Origin: Elusimicrobiota bacterium
GTDB taxonomy: Bacteria > Elusimicrobiota > Elusimicrobia > UBA1565 > JACRDR01
Reading direction: 5' to 3'
DNA length: 14,038 nucleotides
Assembly (NCBI GenBank): GCA_041694815.1
Contig: JBGFSC010000039.1
Coordinates: forward strand, 1-14,038
Part shown: positions 6,630 through 14,038 of the stretch, in pieces
How the letters are laid out: every line of letters starts with the position of its first letter
Position numbering within the stretch: position 1 is the first letter of the stretch
Position numbers and translations under genes: made by a program
The notes under the pieces: model-generated
Seen by the model: the letters and a program-made list of their open reading frames with translations, nothing else
Databases searched by the model: none
Told to the model about the DNA's origin: nothing

Positions 6630-9600
6630 TGGGTAACCTAGCTACCGCAGAGAGAAGGTTGTCGCTCGGCTCCAAGAAGAAGAAAAAAGCGGATACGCTC
6701 AACTTCTTCGATTTCAACTCGATCCGGCTCTCCTTGGCCAGTCCGGAACAGGTCCGCAACTGGTCTTTCGGCGAGGTCAAGAAGCCCGAGACCATCAATT
6801 ACCGGACGCTCAAACCCGAGCGCGACGGCCTCTTCTGCGAGCGTATCTTCGGCCCGGCACACGATTTCGAATGCGCCTGCGGCAAGTACCGCTGGATTAA
6901 GTTCAAAGGCATCGTCTGCGACCGTTGTGGAGTCGAGGTCACGGAGGCCAAGGTCCGCCGCGAGCGCATGGGGCATATCGAGTTGGCCGTCCCCGTGGCG
7001 CATGTCTGGTTCCTTAAGAAGACCCCCTCGCGCATTGGCATCATCCTCAACATGCGCACTTCCGATCTTGAACGCGTGGTCTACTACGCCAACTACGTCG
7101 TGCTCGACGATCTTGTCGATTCCAATGGGCGCAAGGTCTTTTCGGCCACCGATCTGCTGAGCGAAGAAGAGGTCCGCAAGGCGCGGGCCGAATACCACCA
7201 CAAGCTCAAAGTAGGCATCGGGGCCGGCGCCGTCCACCAGCTACTGAGCCAGGTCGAACCGAAGAAGGAATCGACCGAGATCAAGTCAAAGATCCACACC
7301 GCCCAATCGGAGACCGAGCGCTCCAGGCTCATCCGCCGCCTGCGTATCCTCGAGGGCTTCGTCGAATCCGGCAATCGTCCCGAGTGGATGATCTTGACTG
7401 CCCTGCCGGTGATTCCGCCGGAGCTGCGCCCCCTGGTCCCGCTGGAGGGCGGACGCTTCGCCACCTCGGATTTAAACGATCTCTACCGACGCATCATCAA
7501 CCGCAACAACCGCCTCAAGCACATCGAGGCCCTGCGCGCTCCCGAGGTCATGGTCTACAACGAAAAGCGCCTGCTCCAGGAGGCCGTTGATGCCTTGATC
7601 GAGAACGGCGCCCGCGGCAAGGTCGTCATCGGCGCTGGCAACAGGCCGCTTAAGTCGCTTTCCGACATCCTAAAGGGAAAGCAAGGCCGCTTCCGCCAAA
7701 ACCTGCTGGGCAAGCGGGTGGACTATTCCGGTCGTTCCGTCATCGTCGTGGGCCCCAACCTCAAGCTCAACCAATGCGGGCTCCCCAAGGAGATGGCCCT
7801 GGAGCTCTTCAAGCCATTCATCATCCGCGAGCTGATGAAGCGCGAAAGCCTGACGCTCAAGGCCGCCAAGAGGATGTTCGAGCGCGTGCGCCCCGAGATC
7901 TGGGACATCCTCGAGCAGGTCACCAAGCGGCACCCGGTCTTGCTCAACCGTGCGCCGACCCTACACCGCCTTGGGATCCAGGCCTTCGAGCCCGTGCTCG
8001 TCGAGGGCAAATCGATCCAGCTGCATCCACTGACCTGCGCGGCCTTCAACGCCGACTTTGACGGCGACCAAATGGCCGTTCACGTGCCACTCTCCCAGGA
8101 GGCCCAACTCGAAGCCAAGTTGCTCATGATGGCTTCCAATAATATTCTCTCTCCGGCTTCCGGACGCCCCATTGTCACGCCGTCGCATGATATGGTCCTG
8201 GGGATCCATTATCTCACCAAACTCAAGCCCCGCGAGAAGGGCGAGGGCATGTTCTTCGCGGACGTGCGCGAGGTCGTGGCCGCCTACCAGGCGGGCAAGA
8301 TCGACCTGCACGCCAAGATCAAGGTTTCCGGTGTCAACAAGCTCGTCGAGGAGGGCCTGGAGAAGGAAGCCAAGAACCCGGACAAGTGGAAGGATTTCAC
8401 CACCGTTGGGCGCGTCCTCTTCAACGATGTGCTTCCCGCGGACTTGCGCGGCGGCGCCTTCGCCGCCAGCGAGGAGCTCCGGGCGGAACTCCTCAACACT
8501 AATGGCGCGATGGGAAAGAAGGAGCTCCAGAAGCTCGTGGAGAGCTGCTACAAACGGCTCGGGCATTACCGGACGGTCGTGCTGCTCGACGACTTGAAGA
8601 AGCTCGGTTACCACTACGCCACCGTGGCGGGCCTTTCCATCTCGATCACCGACATGAAGATCCCGCCGATCAAGAAGGAGCTCATCGCCAAGGCCCGCGC
8701 CGAAGTGCGCGAGATAGAAAAGCAGGCCAAGGCCGGCGTCATCACCGAGTCGGAGCGCTATAACAAGGTCATCGACATCTGGACCCACGTGACCGACAAG
8801 GTCTCCGACGTGATGTTCGACGAGATGAAGAAGGAGGAGTTTCACAGTTACGTCCCGGAGAAGCCGCGATTTAACTCCGTGTTCCTCATGGCCGACTCGG
8901 GCGCGCGCGGCAGCCGCCAGCAGGTGCGCCAGCTCGCGGGCATGCGCGGCCTCATGGCCAAGCCGCAGACCAAGCTGACCGGCGGCGTCGGCGAGATCAT
9001 CGAATCACCCATCATCTCCAACTTCCGCGAGGGACTGACCGTCCTGGAATACTTCCTCTCGACGCACGGGGGCCGCAAGGGCTTATCCGACACGGCCTTA
9101 AAGACCGCCGACGCCGGCTATCTGACGCGGCGCCTCGTTGACGTCGCGCACGACGTCGTCATCACCGAGCTCGACTGCGGCACCATCAACGGCATCCGCA
9201 TCGGCGCCCTGTCTTCCGGCGAGGAGATCATCGAATCCATCGAAGAGCGGCTCTTGGGCCGCGTCGTTCTCGAGGACATCACCGCGACCGTCACCGGGCC
9301 GAAAGGCAAGGAGCTTGAGGAGACCCTGGTCAAGGCCGGGCAATGGGTCAACGCCGAGATGGCCGACAAGGTCAAGAAGGCCGGCGTCAAGTCGGTGCGC
9401 GTGCGCTCCGTGCTGACCTGCGAGACCAAGCATGGCGTCTGCGCGATGTGCTACGGCATGAACAACGCCACCGGCCGCATGGCCGAAATCGGCGAGGCCG
9501 TCGGCATCGTGGCGGCGCAGTCGATCGGTGAACCGGGCACCCAGCTGACCTTGCGGACCTTCCACATCGGTGGAACGGCTTCGCGCGTCGTCAAGCGTTC

Positions 9601-10819
9601 CCAGGCCGTGGCCTCCGTCGACGGCAAGGTCCAATTGCGCAACGTGCGCACGATCAAGAACCGCGATGGCCAAACCCTCTGTATCTCGCGCAACGGCTCG
9701 ATCGTCGTCATCGACGAGCACAAGAAGGCGCAAGACGAGCACCGTATCGCCTTCGGCGGCCGCCTCAAGGTGTCCGACGGCCAAAAGGTGGAGGAAGGCG
9801 AGCTTCTGGCCGAGTGGGATCCTTACGCCCTGCCGGTCATCACCGAGCACGATGGCAAGATCCGCCTCATGGACGTCAAGGAGGGCGTGACCCTACACGA
9901 GGAACGCAACAAGATCACTGGTATCATCGAGCGACGCATTATCGAACACCGCGCCGAGCGCTTGAACCCGCGCATCATCGTGGAGAAGGGCGGCAGGGAG
10001 GTCGCCTCCTACCCGCTGCCGATCGATACCATCGTCACGATCGAGAACGGCCAGGAGGTGGAACCCGGCGACGTGCTGGCCAAAATCCCTCAGGAGGTGT
10101 CCAAGACCAAGGACATCACCGGCGGCCTGCCGCGCGTCTCGGAGCTCTTCGAGGCCCGACGACCCAAGACGGCCGCCATCATCTCCGAGATCGAAGGGAC
10201 GGTAAGCCTGGGTGTAAGCCCCAAGGGCCTCATTAACGTCTCCGTCAAGAACGACGAGACCGACCTGGTCCATGAGTACGTGATCCCGCAAGGCCGCCAC
10301 CTCGTCGTCTACGAGGGCGACCGTGTAGGCGTGGGCGAGCCGCTCTCCGACGGGGCGGTCAACCCGCACGACATTCTTCGGGTTAAAGGCGTCAAGGAAG
10401 TTCAGGAATACCTCGTCAACGCGATCCAGGAGGTCTACCGCCTCCAGGGCGTTTCCATCTCCGACCGTCACATTGAGTGTATCGTGCGGCAGATGCTCGA
10501 GAACGTCAAGATCGTCGACTCCGGCGACACGGCCTTCCTTAAGGGGGAAATCATCAACCGCTTCGTTTACGAGGCCGCCAATAAGGAGATCGCGGAGAAA
10601 GGAGGCAAGGAGGCGCAGGCCGAACCGGTGCTCTTGGGCATCACCAAGGCTTCGCTGGCCTCGGATTCCTTCGTCTCGGCCGCGAGTTTCCAGGAAACGA
10701 CCCGGGTCTTGACCGAGGCCGCGACCACGGCCAAGATCGACACGTTGAAAGGACTTAAGGAGAACGTCATTATCGGCCATATGATTCCGGCCGGGACGGG
10801 CCTCCAAACCAGGAGATAG
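6629..10819 (+). CDS. rpoC: DNA-directed RNA polymerase subunit beta'
   Basis: 1396 aa. Zn finger CACGKY..CDRC, catalytic [12 protein letters not shown], bridge helix [18 protein letters not shown], trigger loop [13 protein letters not shown]...[14 protein letters not shown] overlap with rpoB and SD AAGGAGG at 6612-6618. Confidence 0.99.
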   Translation: MGNLATAERRLSLGSKKKKKADTLNFFDFNSIRLSLASPEQVRNWSFGEVKKPETINYRTLKPERDGLFCERIFGPAHDFECACGKYRWIKFKGIVCDRCGVEVTEAKVRRERMGHIELAVPVAHVWFLKKTPSRIGIILNMRTSDLERVVYYANYVVLDDLVDSNGRKVFSATDLLSEEEVRKARAEYHHKLKVGIGAGAVHQLLSQVEPKKESTEIKSKIHTAQSETERSRLIRRLRILEGFVESGNRPEWMILTALPVIPPELRPLVPLEGGRFATSDLNDLYRRIINRNNRLKHIEALRAPEVMVYNEKRLLQEAVDALIENGARGKVVIGAGNRPLKSLSDILKGKQGRFRQNLLGKRVDYSGRSVIVVGPNLKLNQCGLPKEMALELFKPFIIRELMKRESLTLKAAKRMFERVRPEIWDILEQVTKRHPVLLNRAPTLHRLGIQAFEPVLVEGKSIQLHPLTCAAFNADFDGDQMAVHVPLSQEAQLEAKLLMMASNNILSPASGRPIVTPSHDMVLGIHYLTKLKPREKGEGMFFADVREVVAAYQAGKIDLHAKIKVSGVNKLVEEGLEKEAKNPDKWKDFTTVGRVLFNDVLPADLRGGAFAASEELRAELLNTNGAMGKKELQKLVESCYKRLGHYRTVVLLDDLKKLGYHYATVAGLSISITDMKIPPIKKELIAKARAEVREIEKQAKAGVITESERYNKVIDIWTHVTDKVSDVMFDEMKKEEFHSYVPEKPRFNSVFLMADSGARGSRQQVRQLAGMRGLMAKPQTKLTGGVGEIIESPIISNFREGLTVLEYFLSTHGGRKGLSDTALKTADAGYLTRRLVDVAHDVVITELDCGTINGIRIGALSSGEEIIESIEERLLGRVVLEDITATVTGPKGKELEETLVKAGQWVNAEMADKVKKAGVKSVRVRSVLTCETKHGVCAMCYGMNNATGRMAEIGEAVGIVAAQSIGEPGTQLTLRTFHIGGTASRVVKRSQAVASVDGKVQLRNVRTIKNRDGQTLCISRNGSIVVIDEHKKAQDEHRIAFGGRLKVSDGQKVEEGELLAEWDPYALPVITEHDGKIRLMDVKEGVTLHEERNKITGIIERRIIEHRAERLNPRIIVEKGGREVASYPLPIDTIVTIENGQEVEPGDVLAKIPQEVSKTKDITGGLPRVSELFEARRPKTAAIISEIEGTVSLGVSPKGLINVSVKNDETDLVHEYVIPQGRHLVVYEGDRVGVGEPLSDGAVNPHDILRVKGVKEVQEYLVNAIQEVYRLQGVSISDRHIECIVRQMLENVKIVDSGDTAFLKGEIINRFVYEAANKEIAEKGGKEAQAEPVLLGITKASLASDSFVSAASFQETTRVLTEAATTAKIDTLKGLKENVIIGHMIPAGTGLQTRR

Positions 10820-10820
10820 A

Positions 10821-11213
10821 ATGCCGACGATCAATCAACTCATCCGCATCGGGCGCAGCCCCTTGAAGCAGAAGACTAAGGCGCCGGCCCTGCTGTCCTG
10901 CCCGCAGCGCCGCGGGGTCTGCACGCGCGTCTATACGACGACGCCCAAGAAGCCCAACTCCGCGCTCCGGAAGGTCTCGCGCGTGAAGCTTACCTCGGGC
11001 ATCGAAGTGACGGCGTACATTCCCGGTGTCGGGCATAACCTGCAGGAGCACTCGATCGTCATGGTACGCGGCGGCCGCGTCAAGGACCTGCCGGGCGTGC
11101 GCTACCATATCATCCGCGGCGTGCTCGATACGGCGGGCGTCGAGGGGCGCCGCCAGGGCCGCTCATTGTACGGTGCCAAGAGACCGAAGGGAGGAGAGGC
11201 CGCCAAGGCCTAA
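10821..11213 (+). CDS. rpsL: 30S ribosomal protein S12 (uS12)
   Basis: [40 protein letters not shown] at 10811-10815. Confidence 0.99.
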   Translation: MPTINQLIRIGRSPLKQKTKAPALLSCPQRRGVCTRVYTTTPKKPNSALRKVSRVKLTSGIEVTAYIPGVGHNLQEHSIVMVRGGRVKDLPGVRYHIIRGVLDTAGVEGRRQGRSLYGAKRPKGGEAAKA

Positions 11214-11218
11214 CGCCT

Positions 11219-11698
11219 ATGCCACGAAAAGGTTTAAGACCCAGGGACCGACGGGACCTTCCTCCCGGCGATTACAAACATCAGAACGTACTCATCTCTA
11301 GGCTCGTCAACAAGCTCAATTACCAGGGAAAAAGGCTCGCGGCCGAGAAGATCGTCTACAAGGCCTTAGACATCATCCAGGACAAGGCCAAGGAGGACCC
11401 GGTGGCCGTATTGACGCGGGGCATCGAGAACGTGCGCCCGCTGCTCGAGGTACGCCCCCGGCGCGTCGGCGGCGCGACCTACCAGGTCCCCAGCGAAGTC
11501 AAGCCCCTGCGCTCGACCACGGTGGCCATGCGCTGGATTATCGACGCGGCCCGCAACAAGACCGGCAAGCCCATGGCGATGCGCTTGGCCGACGAGATCC
11601 TGGCGGCCAACCGCAAGGAAGGGATGGCGTTCAAGAAGCGAGAGGACGCGCATAAGATGGCCGAGGCCAACCGGGCCTTCGCCCATTACCGGTGGTAG
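11219..11698 (+). CDS. rpsG: 30S ribosomal protein S7 (uS7)
   Basis: [11 protein letters not shown] and [15 protein letters not shown]; canonical str-operon position. Confidence 0.99.
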   Translation: MPRKGLRPRDRRDLPPGDYKHQNVLISRLVNKLNYQGKRLAAEKIVYKALDIIQDKAKEDPVAVLTRGIENVRPLLEVRPRRVGGATYQVPSEVKPLRSTTVAMRWIIDAARNKTGKPMAMRLADEILAANRKEGMAFKKREDAHKMAEANRAFAHYRW

Positions 11699-11705
11699 GG
11701 GATTA

Positions 11706-13856
11706 ATGGCAAGCCCTCAAGCATTACCGTCGAAAGCGAGCTCGGGACGGCAGGTCCCGTTGGAGAAGGTCCGCAACATCGGCATCATCGCGCACATCGA
11801 CGCAGGCAAAACCACCACCACCGAGCGCATCCTCTATTATACCGGCCGGGTCCACAAGATCGGTGAGGTGCACGAAGGCTCGACGACCACCGACTGGATG
11901 CCCCAGGAGCGCGAGCGCGGTATTACCATCACGGCGGCCGCCACCTATTGCCAATGGAAGCGCCGCGACGTGGAATACCAGATCAACATTATCGATACCC
12001 CCGGCCATGTGGACTTCACCGCCGAGGTCGAGCGCTCCTTGCGGGTTCTCGACGGGGCCGTCACCTGCTTCGACGGCGTGCAGGGCGTCGAACCCCAATC
12101 CGAGACGGTGTGGCGCCAGGCCGACAAGTACCATGTGCCCCGCATCGCCTACGTCAACAAGATGGACCGGTTAGGCGCGGATTTTTACATGTCGTTCAAC
12201 TCGATTAAGGAGAAGCTCGGCGCCAACGCCGCGGCCATCCAGCTGCCCATCGGGGCCGAGGATAAGTACCAGGGCCTCATCGATCTCATCGAGATGAACG
12301 CCCTCATTTGGAAGGGAGAGGAGCTTGGGGCCAAATGGGATGTCGTCGATATTCCCGAGGACATGAAGGACCAGGCAGCCGAATGGCGCGAGAAGCTCAT
12401 CGAACAGATCGTCGAATTCGACGACGCCATGATGGAGCAGTACCTCGAAGGCAAGCACGATTTCGCGCCGGAGCAGCTCCGCCAAACCCTGCGCAAGGGC
12501 GTGCTGCAGAGCAAGATATTCCCGGTTCTCTGCGGCTCCTCGTATAAGAACAAAGGCGTACAGCCGATGCTCGACGCTGTCTGCGACTACCTGCCCTGCC
12601 CGACGGATCTGCCGCCGGTCAAGGGGAGCGATCCGTTCACCGGGGCGCCGCTGGAGCGCAAGGCCGCAGACGCCGAGCCCTTCTCGGCCCTGATGTTCAA
12701 GCTGCAGGCGGATCCCTATGTCGGCAAGCTGGCCTTCTTCCGCGTCTATTCGGGAAAGTTGACGGTGGGAGACACAGTCTTCTTCCCCGGAACCCGAGCC
12801 TCCGAGCGCATCGGGCGCATCCTGCGCATGCACGCCAACAAGCGCGAGGAGATACGCGAGGTGTTCGCCGGCGACATCGCCGCGACGGTCGCCTTGAAGA
12901 ACTCGCGCGTGGGCGTGACGATGACGGTCGAAGACAAGCCGATATTGCTGGAGTCGATCAAGTTTCCCGAGCCCGTCATCAGCGTGGCCATCGAGCCGAA
13001 GTCGAAGGCCGACGAGGAGAAGATGGGGCACGCGATGTCGGCTCTGGCCGAAGAGGACCAGACCTTCCGCATCCGCACGGACACCGAGACGGGGCAAACC
13101 ATCATCTCGGGCATGGGCGAGCTGCACTTGGAGATCATCGTCGACCGCATGAAGCGGGAGTTCAAGGTCGACGCGAACGTCGGCCGACCGCAGGTGGCCT
13201 ACCGCGAAACGATCCGCAAGAAGGTCAAGGAAGAGGGCAAGTTCATCCGCCAGTCCGGCGGCCGCGGGCAGTACGGCCACGTCTGGATCGAGATCGAGCC
13301 GCAGGAGATGGGCAAGGGCTTCGAATTCGTCGACGGCATCAAGCAGGGGCGCATCCCCAAGGAGTTCATCCCGGCCGTCGAGAAGGGCGTGCGCGAGGCC
13401 CTCGAGGGCGGTGCCCTGGCGGGTTTCCCCATCGTCGACATCAGGGTGACCCTCATCGACGGCTCCTTCCACGAGGTGGACTCCTCGGAGATAGCCTTCA
13501 AGATCGCCGGCGCCATGGCCCTGCGCTCGGGCTGCAAGAAGGCCAGCCCGACGATACTCGAGCCGATCATGAAATTCGAAGCCACCACGCCCGAGCAGTA
13601 TATGGGCGACGTCATCGGTGACCTAAACAGCCGTCGCGCCAAGATTATGGATATGGGAGACCGCTCGAACATCAAGTTCGTGCGAGCGACGGTCCCGCTG
13701 TCGGAGATGTTCGGCTACGCGACGGCGGTGCGTTCGATTTCCCAGGGACGCGCGGCCTTCACGATGGAGCCGAGCCATTACGAGGAAGTTCCGGCCAACG
13801 TCTTGAAGGCCATCGTCGAGAAGCACGCCGCTTCAGTGGAGAATAAGGAGAAATAG
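11706..13856 (+). CDS. fusA: Elongation factor G
   Basis: [45 protein letters not shown] and [11 protein letters not shown]; 716 aa. Confidence 0.99.
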   Translation: MASPQALPSKASSGRQVPLEKVRNIGIIAHIDAGKTTTTERILYYTGRVHKIGEVHEGSTTTDWMPQERERGITITAAATYCQWKRRDVEYQINIIDTPGHVDFTAEVERSLRVLDGAVTCFDGVQGVEPQSETVWRQADKYHVPRIAYVNKMDRLGADFYMSFNSIKEKLGANAAAIQLPIGAEDKYQGLIDLIEMNALIWKGEELGAKWDVVDIPEDMKDQAAEWREKLIEQIVEFDDAMMEQYLEGKHDFAPEQLRQTLRKGVLQSKIFPVLCGSSYKNKGVQPMLDAVCDYLPCPTDLPPVKGSDPFTGAPLERKAADAEPFSALMFKLQADPYVGKLAFFRVYSGKLTVGDTVFFPGTRASERIGRILRMHANKREEIREVFAGDIAATVALKNSRVGVTMTVEDKPILLESIKFPEPVISVAIEPKSKADEEKMGHAMSALAEEDQTFRIRTDTETGQTIISGMGELHLEIIVDRMKREFKVDANVGRPQVAYRETIRKKVKEEGKFIRQSGGRGQYGHVWIEIEPQEMGKGFEFVDGIKQGRIPKEFIPAVEKGVREALEGGALAGFPIVDIRVTLIDGSFHEVDSSEIAFKIAGAMALRSGCKKASPTILEPIMKFEATTPEQYMGDVIGDLNSRRAKIMDMGDRSNIKFVRATVPLSEMFGYATAVRSISQGRAAFTMEPSHYEEVPANVLKAIVEKHAASVENKEK

Positions 13857-13860
13857 ATTC

Positions 13861-14038
13861 ATGGCAAAAGCGAAATTCGACCGGACGAAGCCGCACGTGA
13901 ACATCGGGACGATTGGACACGTGGACCACGGCAAGACGACGCTGACGGCGGCGATCACGCACGTTTTGGCGAAGAAGGGGCTGGCGAAGGCCAAGGCCTA
14001 TGATGAGATCGACAACGCGCCCGAGGAGAAGGCGCGCG
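13861..14038 (+). CDS. tuf: Elongation factor Tu, 5' partial (runs off the window; not in the ORF track)
   Basis: Translates as [68 protein letters not shown] at 13844-13850. Confidence 0.99.
   Translation, partial: MAKAKFDRTKPHVNIGTIGHVDHGKTTLTAAITHVLAKKGLAKAKAYDEIDNAPEEKAR

Noticed and set aside
2844..10819. Inteins, introns, frameshifts or an rpoB-rpoC fusion
   Set aside because: Both ORFs are continuous, all inserts sit at known lineage-specific positions without intein motifs, and rpoB has its own stop followed by an SD-led rpoC start in another frame.
10821..11213. Streptomycin-resistance substitutions in S12
   Set aside because: Both key lysines (PKKPNS and RVKDLP) are wild type.
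1788..13472. Long antisense ORFs such as 1788..2660, 2679..4013 (444 aa), 7961..8845, 9893..10834 and 12171..13472 (433 aa)
   Set aside because: They are shadows of GC-biased, highly conserved sense genes, with few reverse-strand stops and no recognisable domains or translation signals.

Overview
GC-rich bacterial core-genome window with every supported feature on the + strand. It contains the 3' ~516 nt of 23S rRNA, a structured ~195-nt spacer holding a near-consensus sigma70 promoter, a 5S rRNA inside an extended stem, and an intrinsic terminator. These are followed by a tightly packed gene string: a hypothetical exported beta-barrel protein, rplJ, rplL, rpoB, rpoC, rpsL, rpsG, fusA and the 5' end of tuf. 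The housekeeping genes are unambiguous. The unusual part is the front end: secE-nusG-rplK-rplA and the L10 leader, which normally precede rplJ, are absent. In their place is an outer-membrane-protein-like gene whose stop overlaps the rplJ start and whose motifs resemble the chlamydial MOMP/PorB family (comparison made from memory, not a search). The only strong promoter I can see upstream of the string lies between 23S and 5S. The organism is a diderm; RpoC and S7 N-termini tentatively suggest Elusimicrobiota (unverified). I found no mobile element, CRISPR array, tRNA or defence system.
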